Shown in pieces: positions 24,842 to 37,421 of a DNA stretch of 64,000 nt. A program made the translations under genes and the position numbers. Below the pieces are notes generated by a model. That model saw only the letters and a list, made by a program, of their open reading frames with translations. It ran no database searches and was not told where the DNA came from. The DNA comes from Camelus dromedarius (lineage: Eukaryota), in assembly GCF_036321535.1 (NCBI RefSeq), contig NC_087436.1:100690001-100754000 (forward strand). Reading direction: 5' to 3'. Numbering within the stretch: the stretch's first letter is position 1; the number at the start of each line of letters is the position of its first letter.

Positions 24842-27800
24842 TGATGGTGGATGTTATGACACACCACATGGAAATCCTTTTTGGGAATAACACACTCTGA
24901 CTGGTTATTGAATCTTCAGGCCTGTCTGAAGAGTCATGTGGACTTCCCTGGAGACTCCATGACATCTTCATTTCTTCTTCTTCCCATTCCTACTTATGCT
25001 CCTTCCATTCTACAGGTGTTTCTGTTTTGTTTTGTTTTGACTTTCTCAAGAGCACTTGCTAATATACCTCCTGCCTGCTAACCACCATCTCAGCATCTGA
25101 TTCCTGGGGAACACAGCCTATAACAATTGGTACTGGAATTGGCCCAAGAAAGCAGATGCTGGGGTAGGATATAAAAATTGCACCATCTGCCACCTCACTG
25201 TTAATGAGGGCCCTGTCATTGGTGGCAGATAATGCACAGAGAAACTTTGCTACCAGTTGATGATTCAGTTGTTGAAGCTTTCATCAGTGCTGAACTGAGA
25301 TGGTATATGTTTGCAAGGCAGCGTATTAGTGATTGCCAGGTATTAGATATTTGAGGGGAAATGGCAGAAAATGTGACTATACAGATCATAGTATTGGGAG
25401 GCTATGGTTGAGTTTGCTTGATGCTTTGAAGAAAAGCTAAGGAAAAGCTGACAGCACCACAGTGGAAAGCTAGAACTGAAATCCAGAGGTCCTTCTAGGA
25501 ACATTCAAAAATTCTCTGCAGTAGGAGAACAGGGCTGAAGACCACTCCCAGGACTTAACAGTAAGAACACCAAAGCTCCCAGGAGGCTGAATTCTCAAGC
25601 AAGGCAGACCAGGGCTCACATTGAGCCCATTCATATGGTCTACAGCACAGGAATATCATCTCTGAATAGCTGAATACATTCTTCCCTATCTCTGAAAAGC
25701 ATTTTAAGAAACAGTTCATATTCACAGGGAGTGGACAACAATATGCGTTTACAGTTTTGTCCCAGGTCTATGTTAACTTACCTACTTTTTGTTGCAACAG
25801 TGTCCAAAGAGATCCAGACGATCTGAACTTCCATCATAGTATCATATTGTTCCACTATATCCATGACATGAAAATCAAATTAAATGACTAGCAAGTGGTT
25901 CTTCCAAGTGACTAAGACATTACAGGGCTTGAGAAGATTAATGTACTATAGAGGTAAGAAGTTAAACCTGATAAAAATTCAAAAGACTGCCATGTTAATA
26001 ACATTTTTATGGGTCTGGTGATCTGAGTCATGCCAGGATATCCTCTCCAACATGAAGGACAAATTATTGGTACATTACCTCTCTGTGTAATGGAGGAAGC
26101 ATCATGAGGAAGGTGACTGGTAGACCACTTCAGCTTCTGTTCTTCAGTGTTTCCCTGGAAAACTTGGAATATTGCTCTGTCTCATATAAATGAGTGATTT
26201 TAAAAGGCTGCCAGTTTTGGATAGCAATCAGAGCAAGGACCTTCCACAGATCCAGCATGTGATCAAACCACTGGGCACCTTGGGACATACAACCAGGCAG
26301 AGTTTATGTAATAGGGGTATTAGTGTAAGGACATGATGCAGCCCATTGAGAAGAGGAAGAGACACTACTGAGAATAAACAAAAGCAATTCAGGGGCCACA
26401 GAATGCTGCAACAGTTGCTGGAGTGCCTCCACCTCAGCTCATGTGTATGTTCATGTTAGGGATCCCTAGTGATGATGAGAAAGAAAAAGCTGCAGCTTGC
26501 TTCACAAATTCATCAGTTTGTATTGGAGACACATGCTAAAAACCAATGACAACTCATTTGCAAACACCTAGGCATGACCTCGAAAGGCACTGATGAGAGA
26601 AAAATCCTAGCAGTGGTGCAGAGCTTCAGGTACTCAACATGGTTATCCATTTTTTTTTTTTTTGAAAAGACAAGTAGCCTAAGTTTAGAAAATATGAAGA
26701 CTTGAATGGTTTGACAGCTCATCAAGGGTATGTGATGACAAAAGGTAGAAGATTGCAGACATGGATGTTTGGAATAAAGACATGAATGGACTCAGGAAAG
26801 AGAACAAAAAGTGTGAAAGTCTATGTGTGTCATTTTAATGCCCATCAGAAAGCAACAACATGCTATATAGAATGACTTCACTGTTTTCATCTCTCATCAG
26901 ACTTCCCAGTACAGACACAACATGTTCATTGGTTGCTGTATTGGCAGGGAGAGTCTATGAACTCATATAATGCTGACCTAACTACTGCCACCACAGAGAA
27001 CAATGCTATCTCTAATATATCTCCATCCTTTAATGAGATTAATCAGACACTTTGTGACAAGTTAGCTACATTAGATTTCCTTAACTGTAGAAGGCCAGCA
27101 ATTTCTTTTGGCATAAATAGAAACATATTCTGTAAGTGCCATTCTTATCTGCAGGACTGGAGCAAGTACCATTATTGTATAATTTATGGAGTATTTGATC
27201 CAGCACCATGGATCTCAAATACTACCATGTGAGATCAAGAAACCTACCCTACAGCAAAAGAGGAATGAGCATAGGCTGATGACATAGTACACCACCCAGA
27301 TTCTTTCAGTCTGATAGAGCTTTGACTGGGCTGTTGAAGGCACCACTGAAGCACCAGCTTGGTGGTGATAATTTACAAGGACAGGACAGAGAGCCATTCT
27401 TCAAGACATTGTATACACTTTGAGTCAAAGAAGATTAAATAGTGCTTTGACCCCAACAGTTTAAATACATAGGTCTGGAAACTGAGTAGAGGAAAGAGGA
27501 ATGATCCTGTGTACATTTATTCCTGGTGATTTATTCAGAAAATCTATTCATTCTCTCCTGGCAACTCTGGGCACTGCATGTTTAGAGGTTGTAGTTCCCA
27601 AAAGAGAACGTTTTTACCAATGTATAAATCAAGTTCAGTCCTTTGAACTGTAAGCTGTAACTGCTGCCATGGCTCTTAGGACCCCCTGAAACAAGGAACA
27701 AGAAGGCAAGAAGAGTCTTCATCTTAGCAGAAAGATAACCCTGATTGTCTAGAGTAAGTAGGCTGCTATTGCATGTGGGGCTAGCAAGGAGTACACTTCC

Positions 27801-28559
27801 TATCCATGTGATCCATTTGGCATTTCTTCATATTGCCTCTATGAATTTTTATGGAAAATGGACCGTGGCAGTAGCACTGTCTGAAAATGGCATGGTGATC
27901 AGGGGTCAGAATTCTCAGGGATGATGGTATGATCAAGTTATCCATAAGCCACTAAAGGCCAGCAAAGGTGTTAGCTGAGGCTGAATTAAAATCCAGTTTC
28001 TGTTCTGAGACCAGCTTCAGTGGAGAGAGCTGTAGTTCTTATTAGCCTTCCTCCTTCAGGCTGTCCCCAAAAATAAGGTCCACAGAAGTCCTAGAGGAGG
28101 AGCTCATCCCACAATTTGCAAGAAGTTGGTTTGAGTGAGAAAAATGTGGCTTGTTTTGGGTGCTGTAGTGTATCACCTGTATCACCCTTCAAGGATGAAG
28201 GACCTCAGCTTCTGAGAGGGTTGTCAAAAGAAGCCTTCAACTGTCAGCCGTTTCAGGGATATGCTCAGCTGTAGAGGACCACCCCACCAAAGGTTATGTC
28301 CCTGCCTTAGGAAGCCTATTTCCAACGACTGTACTCCCAAATTGGCGCACAACTCTGAAAGGTCATTTCATCTTCATAACTGCCTGCAGAGCATCTACAT
28401 CTTCCCTCAAGACTGTATCACAACTCAACCATTTCCTCTGTAGTCCTGTTTCCTTAAGTTCCCTTTTGCAGTTATTGGTCTCAAGAGTACTCCGTAATAA
28501 ATCCCCTTCACACGACCTTCTAACTCAAAGTCTTTACTTATGGAACCCAAACTATAACA
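24842..28559 (+). mobile_element. Degenerate two-LTR ERVL provirus (LTR16-type LTRs, ERV3-16A3-like internal region)
   Basis: 5' LTR ~24842-25125 and 3' LTR ~28152-28559, both ending 'ggaac.ca..ctataaca'. The internal region starts 'attggtactggaattggcccaagaaagcag'. RT remnants FTVLSQ (25748) and HYIHD (25853, for HYIDD), then RNaseH, integrase (~27090-27450) and dUTPase-like (~27570-27775) remnants. Confidence 0.8.
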
Positions 28560-28564
28560 GTAAG

Positions 28565-29070
28565 GATCAAAGAATGGCATGCTTGAAATTGAGGTTGTGC
28601 ATGAGGAAGTTACCAGCAATGACAAGGTCTGGGTTAAGACCATGGGAGTGGGTGGCTAAGGTACTTGTGGATTAGCAAAAGAGAGGTGGTCAAAGAACTG
28701 AGAGGTTAGAATGATGGGAGGATCATTTGCATGGAAAATTTAAATCAGCAAATATTTTGAGAGCAGTGTTGGAGGAAGCATCAGTGTACTGGTCACTGAA
28801 ATTTTCAAAGAACTGAGAAGTGGAGAAGTGTTACATGGAAACTATGATGTGTGGATAATCACAACTAGAGTATACAAATTGTGAATATAGCCTAATGGTA
28901 AGAGGAAAGAGGATGGTGGAACAATGACTCAGAAATGGCTGTAAGAGATGGTAGGAGAGACACATACTACCACCTGACAGAACCCTCGGGAAGTCTATCT
29001 TCCGGTTTAAAAAAAAAAAAAAAAAAAAAAAAGAACATTAAGGAAATTCAGGATATGTGGAGTTTTGCTT
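28565..29070 (-). mobile_element. L2 ORF2 fragment with an embedded poly-A run (~29009-29032)
   Basis: 'aatgacaaggtctggg..ccatgggagtgggtggctaaggt..gaggtggtcaaagaactgagagg' is typical antisense L2 coding sequence. Confidence 0.65.
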
Positions 29071-29085
29071 CAAGACAACTGCCTT

Positions 29086-29120
29086 ACCCACTAACCCACT
29101 AACCCACTAACCCACTAACC
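29086..29120. repeat. (ACCCACTA)4.4 octamer tandem repeat
   Basis: Perfect 8-bp period, read directly. Confidence 0.95.
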
Positions 29121-29391
29121 TATGCAGATCCTAGATATGCAGAATTGAGTCTATTTCCCAACTATTCCAGATAATATCAACACCTTTTGTAATTTTTGTC
29201 TTTTCATTGTATGAGACAATGTGCTGTGTGTTTTCAATCTGGTTTTGGTGATCTAATTAGGAATGCTTAAATAAACTGCTTGAATTGGTGACTATATGTC
29301 TTGACATGTTGTATCTATAATCAAATGCTCAGAAAAGTCAACTGCAAACCTAATATTACATAAGACAGACCACATTCAAAATTGATATTAT

Positions 29392-29537
29392 TGGTGGGGG
29401 AGGTGTAGCTCAAGTGGTAGAGTGCATGCTTAGTATGCATGAGGTCCTGGGCTCAATCTCCAGTACCTCCTCTAAAATAAAAATAAGTAAATAAATAAAC
29501 CTAATTACCTTTCCTCCAAAAAAAGAAAAAAAATTTT
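29392..29537 (+). mobile_element. tRNA-Ala-derived SINE (camelid Vic-1-like)
   Basis: tRNA-Ala(AGC)-like head with A box (tagctcaagtgg) and degenerate B box (ggctcaatctcc); 'aaataaataaacctaattacc' body; A-rich tail; 12-bp TSD aattgatattat at 29380-29391 and 29538-29549. Confidence 0.9.
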
Positions 29538-29598
29538 AATTGATATTATCGTTTACGCTGTGAGGATCTGAACCGTGTAACAAATATATGAAAGGTTG

Positions 29599-29708
29599 AT
29601 TTTAATTCCTATACCTTTAAAATTATTATTCAATGAAGCTAGAACTTCCATTAATTTTAATCTCTAAACCTTTAAAATTATTATTCAGTGAAGCTAAAAC
29701 TTTTATTA
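29599..29708. repeat. 55-bp tandem duplication (2 diverged copies)
   Basis: 'acctttaaaattattattca(a/g)tgaagcta(g/a)aactt' recurs with period 55. Confidence 0.9.
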
Positions 29709-30029
29709 AATGTTAGAACATCTGAAGAAAAAAGCACATTTTTGCCCTTTTCAGAAATCGTTAGATTTGCTTCTAATTTTTTCATATTTTTATAGTATTT
29801 AAAAATCTGACAAAATTCCAATACTCATTATAATATTACAAAATGTACAATGACAAAAAAGAGTCTACCATCCTGCTGTTTAGTTATGATTTAATCCCCA
29901 TACTTCCTGGACCATATTTCCAACTTCTTACTCCTCCTAGTTATGCTACAATAGGTCATTCATTATCAACATTTTCAAAATAAAACTTCCATTTCTATTA
30001 ACATTTCTTTTTTGTGGAATCTTCAGTTA

Positions 30030-30450
30030 CTTTCTGAAACTTGTTTCCTTTTCTTCCTAGAAACAGCAAGATGGCATTTCCTAGCCCCATTTGCAGTGAG
30101 GTGTGGCCATTTGACTAAATCTTGTCCAATGAGATACAAGTGAACATAATATACACCACTCCTAGTTCTGGACCATTAAGAAAATCCCTCCTAGTCTTCA
30201 GTTCTCACTGTTTCACTCCGTGAACTAGATGCAGAAAATCCAGCAAACATCTCTAAGACCCTAGGGAATGAAATAGCTGCAAGATTTAGAAAAAAAAAAC
30301 AAACTTGTATCCTTGAACTATAGCACATAGAGTCACCCACAATATGCTGTAACTGTTTGACTATATGAGTGTGAAATAAACTTTATTAGCATTAACCACT
30401 GAGAGTTTTTGTGATTTTTTTTAAAGCTGTCAGCCTTCCCTGACTATGTA
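30030..30450 (+). mobile_element. MLT1 (J-like) LTR
   Basis: 'catttcctagccccatttgcagtgaggtgtggccatttgactaaatcttgtccaatgagat' and 'gaaataaactttatt..taaccactgaga'. Confidence 0.7.
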
Positions 30451-31096
30451 CTTCTATTGCAACTGACATCCCTATTTCTATAACGTCCACCATAGCATAC
30501 CAAATACACAAGGACCAAGAGCAGGAGCAGACGCAATAAACATCCCCAGTCAGTTCCTTATTCCCGCTCACTTAATCTAACTAATTGTCAAGATGATGTC
30601 ATTAATTCTATTACAATATTTTTCCTTTTTGTCCCCATCTTTCTAGTTTTCTACCTAATAAAGTCCAAATTTTTTAACAAGCACTTAATATACATATTAA
30701 TATACATATTAATGTATATTCCTCCAAATTAAGCCGGAAATTGTCTTTATCAGCATTACTCTCTTCTACAATTCAAGCATAATTTTTCTGTTACTCAAAT
30801 TTCCTATTCTTATTGACTCTTTAAGATGGTCACAATATTGCTTCCACTGGGAATTTGGTTTTGCATGTATAAAATATAGCTAGCCAGCTAGATAAATATA
30901 AACTGTACTTAAAAATAAGTGGCTTATTCATCACCTTCACCATGAAGCCCTCCCAAATTTCCCTATTAATAGATATTATATAATACATAGTTAATTTATA
31001 TATTATATAATTATAATTAATGTTATCATTTACTACAAATGTGCTATACTACAGTATTTCTAGTAATAAAAGGCCGTGCTTTTATTTTTACAGGGC

Positions 31097-31638
31097 TGAA
31101 TCAGGTTTCTATTGCTGTACAATGAGTTACCATAAACTCTGAAAATAATACCCACTCATGACATTACAGTTCTGTAAGTAAGAGTCATGAATGGCATGAC
31201 TGGGTCCTTTCTTCAGATTATCACAAGACTAAAATCAAAATGTTGGCCAGACAGTTCTTATCTCAAGGCTCTGGGAGAGCATTTGCTCCCAAGCTCATTT
31301 TTGCTGTTGCCAGAATTCAATTCCTTGTGATTGTAGGACTGAGGTTCCGATTTTTTGCTATGCAGACCCCTCCATCTTCAGAGCATTGAATCCTTTGTGT
31401 AGTACAAATCTCTGGCTTCCTCTTCTACCAGCAGCTGGAGAACACTCTGTTTTTAAAGGGCTCGTATGATTAGGTTAGACTTCCTTGGAAAATTTCCCTT
31501 TCTTAAAGTCAGATTGCCATTTAATATAATTTAATCACACAAAGAATCTGTCATATTCATAGTTCTAAGGATTAGGCAGGGCATTTTATATCAGGGGTGG
31601 GAAATCTTCAGGAACATATTAGAATTCTACCTACTACA
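31097..31638 (-). mobile_element. MLT1E-like LTR
   Basis: TG...TACA; 'gcagaattcaattccttgtgattgtaggactgagg'-type core; TSD agggc/aggtc. Confidence 0.8.
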
Positions 31639-31689
31639 AGGTCCTTATAATTAAAATATAAATTTTGCAAGCAGTATGTCATTGAACTT

Positions 31690-31870
31690 TAGCCTTAATA
31701 AAGTAGACATTAAGTGTAGCAAAAGTTATTATCAATATCTCATAAGTAAGTAGTAAGAAGTTCAAAATATTTAAGCAACTTGACCTTCTTCTTGTATTTA
31801 CCATGGATGTGAAGAAAAAGTTTAAATAGAAACATTTTGACTTCAAGTCCAAAATTTTCTTTATAATACT
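31690..31870 (-). mobile_element. MIR fragment
   Basis: Degraded antisense core ('atttaagcaacttgacc..tttgacttcaagtccaaa'). Confidence 0.4.
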
Positions 31871-32049
31871 TCATAAACTACGTTTGGACTTGTGTATCTC
31901 TTATCATTACTGTATTACCTGATTACAAAGTGCTAATGCTAAAGTATCACATTATTATAAGAATTTAGAATTTTCTAAAAGACTGTATGTAAAATTCTCT
32001 CTTTAGTGTAATTTTGGAGAGCAGAGGCCAGTTTCCTTATTCCCTCACA

Positions 32050-32432
32050 TACATCGATCATCTTGGGTTGTTGTTACAAAATACCACAGATTGGGTGGCC
32101 TAAACAAGAGAAATTTAATTTTCACAGTTCTGAAGGCTGGAAACTTGGGATCAAAGTGCCAGCATGGTTGGGCTCTGGTGAGAGCCCTCTTCCTGGTTTG
32201 CAGATGGCCACCTTCAGGCTATGTCCTCACATGACAGAGAGGGAGAGAGAGAGAAAAGCCTGTTCATCTCTTCATCTTGTAAGGCCACAGATTTTACCAA
32301 ATTGGAATCTCACTCTTATGACCTCATTAACTGGAATTACCTCCTAAAAGCCCTATCTCCAAATACAGCCATATTAGGAGTTAGGATTTCAATGTAAGAA
32401 TTGGAGAGGGGGGCACAGTTCAGTCCACTGCA
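32050..32432 (-). mobile_element. MLT1A-like LTR
   Basis: 'acaaaataccacagattgggtggcctaaacaa..tcacagttctgaaggctggaa..ggtgagagccctcttcctggtttgcagatggcc'; TSD tcaca/ccaca. Confidence 0.9.
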
Positions 32433-35400
32433 CCACATGACCAAGCTTGGAACATACACACTACAGTTAGTGAGCAAATATTCACTGATTTTAATTTTAA
32501 TTCATTTAATTGATATCTGGTCAAGGCAGACCTATGGGGAATCAGTAAAGAGAGAGGGATACACACACACACACACACATACTTCAACTCACTTAATCCT
32601 GATGATTAATGGAAAAGAATTAGAGATTGAAAACCACTGAAACATTACTTAAATTTCAAATGGTTATAAATAAAGCTTTTACAATTAAAAGACAGAATGA
32701 TTGCCAACTCTCATTTTGGCTGGAAGGCTTAGACTTACTCAAAACTTGAAAATCTTGATGGCTCCAACAGTTTCATACAAATTATCTTCAGTAAATAATA
32801 TTGATTAGAAAGAAAAATCATGATCAACGTAGCCATGTACATAATTTGTGTTGCATATACTCAGTTGCTTAAAAATTCCTGTACTCTAAACAATGTTATT
32901 TTTTGAAATGAGTTATGGTGCTAAATATATGTTGGAACCGGGGACTTTGTGGGGGGACTAATTCTCAAAATTCTCCTTCAAATAGCATTACAAAGACGTG
33001 ACATAGTTTGGTATTACAATGGAAATCAGTGTTTACTCTTCACCTGTTAAGCTGCTAATGTTTCGCCTAAAAAATACACTTATTCCAACATGGCACTGTC
33101 ATGACAAAGCCAGAACAGAGGAATTCTAAACTCATTAACTTATGGAGGGATGGCATTTCTTTTTACTTTGCCAAATCAAGAAGAAGCAAATAAACTTAAA
33201 ATTTTACTATTGGGAAAGATTGACCATTGCTTTGACCTGCTTTGGTAATTCAGATGCTCCTATGCAAATGCTCCTGTGGAACTGTGGAAAATATGTCGAG
33301 CACATTGTAAAAATAAGGGGAAAAAATCTCAAGAAAATTAACATTTTTTAGCTATTAGATACAGTCATTAGCAATATTCAGAAATATTCCGACAGCTTTC
33401 ACTACAATTTCCTCTTCTTCTGTTTAAAAAAAATCTACTCTAAAGAAATATATTCAGCTAGGTTATAATTAACGTGGCTGTCAAAAGATATTATATATCA
33501 TCCACTGCTTACCATCCTAAGGTAGACAAAGAATAGAAGTAGTATTGTTCTCTGTCTAATCAGGTCAAAGCAGTGGCAACTTTAATTAGAGTTATTGTCA
33601 AGACACTGCCTGAATTCTTTAACAGTAAACTATGTCATGTTTGCTCCTACATCTTTTATTTTAACCTTGTTGAAGGAGGGGAAATTTTTTTATTTATAAA
33701 TTGGCAAGCCTCTTATTATATGAGTCCTAACAATACCACTTCTTATATTTAGCAACCCGTGGCTAGCAGCTGACCTACCAATTCTACCAGAAAGTTAAGT
33801 CTAATGAGTTTATTTTAATAATGTATCAAACAACTTGACTTCATTGCGTAAGAGTCATGGAAAATGCAGCTAAAATATTTGTGGAAAAAAATTTTCCTAT
33901 ACAAACTACCATATTCTAGAGAAAAATGCATTTTACAAAAATGCCAAATAATTAATTAGAAAAATGATTTGGGCTTATAACTGAATGCTTCAAGCTTGCA
34001 GGAACATTTATCATTTAAACTGGCTGTGAACATAAACTCTGTCCTGATTTTTCTACTTTTTTTAAAGTATGGTACATGACTTTCAACAAGAAAGATATTT
34101 ATATACAAATAAATGTCCTTTTAATTGAGAAAATTATAGATAATTCTGTATTATTTTTAGATAGATTGACCTCTCAAGTTTTTATACATTCATTATCCCT
34201 GGACAATTTTTGCTTAGGAGAAAGATTCAGAATAAAATAAGAAGCTTATCTTAATACAGATAAATCCAGTTCATGAAAATGAATATAAATTATTTTGTCC
34301 TTTTTATCATATGTATTGTTTAAAAAATGAAGAACCCCCCCCCCTTTTTGGCTGCTAATTTATCCATTTTAGTTATGTTAATTTTCCAGGAAATTATGCT
34401 CACCTCTTTAAGGAAACATTTCTTGTTACACACTGACTTTCAGGTCATGGCATATGCAGCTTAAGATAATAAGACTAGCAGTTACTTTTCTATTCTGACA
34501 CAGTAGTCCAAGCACATTGTGTTGCATTTAATGAAGTAGGCCATTGCTGCCTTTAGGATGTAGTCAGGCAGTCCTTGACTTAGGTGGCTTAACTGTCCAT
34601 TATACACAAATAATCAACCAAGAATGACCAGCGGCCTCTGGAAAATCTGCTTTTGTCTCCCAATAGCCTCCTTTTTATTATTTTTTCCTACTCTTTCCAC
34701 AAGACAATGCCTGGTGTGATATGTTTCCTCTCTTCCAATGTACACCCTCTTCCGGAACTTCCAGTCTTACCTCTTCTCTGGATTTATAGGGAACATTCAC
34801 AATCATGGGCATGGACTAGATGTTGGAGGCTATAAAAAGCAAGAAAATGAGATAAGCTGCATCCCCATTAATTTTCCACTGCTGTCCTTCAGCTGCACCT
34901 GAGACCTGGTGCCGCCAAAGAACATGGTTCTGGCTCCTCAGTACATTCAATTCACATTGAATATTTATCTTCATAGGTATTGACAAATGTTTATTAAGCC
35001 TTATCTTTTTACTCCAGAATTACAAATCCCGCTCCACATCTTATGAAAAAAAAGGTACCTAGGGTAACCTAAAATGTAAAAGAAAAGAGAGGGAGAAGAA
35101 AGTGGAGACAGTGAAAAAGAGAAGGCGAGAAGGAGAGAGAGACAGAGAGAGATTATCTCCATTTTGAGGCAATCTTGTCTGACATTGAGTGACTATTCAA
35201 AACACGAGCAAAAAAAGTGAAATTATTCATTTCTCAAGGTCTTCAGTAAAAAGGAAATAATAAAAACTATCACCTGACCTGGCCAAATTGGAAAGATTTG
35301 GAGAAAAAGATCCTGTTCCTCCCTGTTCCTTCTTTGCAAGTTCAAAGCTCCTGATTTTCAAGGGTTCACTCCTCACTGGTCAGCATTCCCATTCAAGTCT

Positions 35401-36329
35401 TTCATTTTCTTAGACCCGCCGTCCTCTACCCTCTGCCCTGTGCGTATCAGAGCACTGCCACCAAGAATCATTCTCTCCCTGACGGTGAGTGAGTGGGAAG
35501 GTGGGAGGCGTGGAAGAGACCTAGGTTCATTGACAGCGCGACCACTGTTTCCCACGCGCTGAGGTTCTGTGGTGCTGTGTGAGCAGCGCTGTACTTCTGG
35601 CATTTAGGAGGATAAAGAGGTATAAGAACTTAGCCAAGACAGATAAACTATTCCTCCAGACAAAATGTATATTGAATTCTAAGCACCTAAGTTACCAATT
35701 AACTTTTAGAAAACTTAATGATTATAAATTGGTCATTGTTTTTGAAGCTTCGAAAGGAATATGACAAGTTTATTGAGTTCCTCTGAAACCCCAGGCTGCT
35801 CATCTTTGAGAAGGCTTTTCTCCTGGTAGTGCAGAGCTGTGGGAAGAGAAGCAGGAACAGCACAGACCTCAGCTTGAAATTCTGCTTCCATCCTGCCCTT
35901 CTCCTCAGCCTGGAATCCATTCACCCATCCTTTTGTGAGACTTCTTTTTAAGTATCATTCCTGGTCATTGGTGTATATATTAACAGGACAGGCAATTTGT
36001 TAAAAAGCAGTGAGTCAGCTGGACTTTGTAAGCTTAAGTCCTTTGAGCAAGTAGCATTCACTTCAGCCAGAGCAGCAGGACTCTGCTGTTAAAATTTTTG
36101 AAAAGCAGGAGCTTAAAGTATTATATCTCAGAATGGAATACACATTTAAATAGAGATCGCAAGGATCAAAGCCATGAAACCAGAGAAATAAAGGTCTGTA
36201 TCAGGTAACCAGTTAGAAGGTTCTTAGAGGAGACCTGCACAAAAACAACCTCTGCAGGTGAGGGGGAAAATTAATATTGAGTGCATTTGCAAAAGTCATC
36301 AGGGCTCAATACACACGAGGCTCATTCCA

Positions 36330-36540
36330 TTATTTTCTCAATAAGTATTTCCTGAGCACCTGTGTATCCATAGTGAACACACCAGACATGGAGAATGCAA
36401 TGATGAATAAGACAGAGGTCCAAGGCTGAAAGAATTTAGGATCTACAGAGGAAGAATACAGTCTGATAGCATCGGAAGTCAAAGCAGAAGGAAGAACAAG
36501 AGGACAGGAAATGCTGACTAATCCAGTTTGTGGGAGTACG
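36330..36540 (-). mobile_element. L2 fragment
   Basis: Antisense tail 'caataagtatttcctgagcacctg..gatgaataagacag'. Confidence 0.55.
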
Positions 36541-36861
36541 GGTTGGATGGGAGAGGAAAGGGGTGAGTCCTGGAACTTTTCACAAGGAGAGAACTCAGCG
36601 TTCTGTTTGTCTGTCCCAGTCCATTTATAGCAAGCCAGAAAAAGTGGGCCACTTCACCTGCAATATCACATCTCAAAGCCTGGTCAATAAACACAACTCT
36701 TTCTATTCAGACTTTCAAGGTAAATGTCTCTTTAGTAAACACGGACAAGCATATTTTAAAACCTGCATCATCAGGGAGTTGTCGTGTGAACCATAAGATG
36801 CGGTCACGGAAGAGAGGCACTCTTCCATTTAAACATGGCAGTTAAGCTCATGTTCTTTAGC

Positions 36862-37421
36862 TGCCGGTAGATGCGACCAGTGTCCAGGTTCTCGCCCTGT
36901 CCAAGAAAGAATTCAGAGACAAGATACGAAGGCTGAGACAGTAAAGCGGGGATTTATTAAAGGGTAGATAGTACTCTCTTGAGGGGAGAGCAGGCAGGCT
37001 CAGGTGAGCAGCTGCCCTGAGTTTCTTAGGCAAGTTGGTTACACACAGCGTAGAGATGGATGGGCAGAATATTCATTGAGGAGGGAAGGGATTTATGGGG
37101 AGGAAAGGGTTTGGGGTCCTATTTCCTGATTTTCATTCCAACTTCACCTTCCCAAAGGTGGGGAGGGAGGTTTGTCCTTATTTAGTCTGGATCAGAAGTG
37201 CCACGGCGTCAGTGTGTGATGGGTACTTCTAATCTGTTTTATTTGGTGAAAGGAATCTGCGATGCTGTTAATAAGATTAGACAATTTTATAAAGAAACTA
37301 TTGAGCACAGGGAAATGTGGCACTTGTCAATCAAATGAGGGCATAATGAGCAAAAAGTTACATTTGGACACTGGAGATTTGTCAGATCTAGCTCAGATCT
37401 AGCTACCTGCCTGCTCTGACA
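36862..37421 (-). mobile_element. Lineage-specific ERV1-type solo LTR with an internal 96-bp foreign insert
   Basis: TG...CA termini, minus-strand AATAAA at 36953-36958, GC-rich with CpGs. The AT-rich block 37236-37331 is a copy of 47731-47826. An 11-bp tandem duplication lies at 37382-37403. Confidence 0.8.

Noticed and set aside
29396..29470. Possible tRNA-Ala gene
   Set aside because: The anticodon and T arms are mutated, and it has a SINE body, A-tail and TSD, so it is a SINE.
34626..34645. Possible CTCF site (cagcggcctctggaaa)
   Set aside because: It mismatches key positions of the CTCF core.
35699..35924. Overlapping 63-73 aa ORFs with protein-like charge
   Set aside because: Short, no recognised homology and no convincing flanking splice structure.
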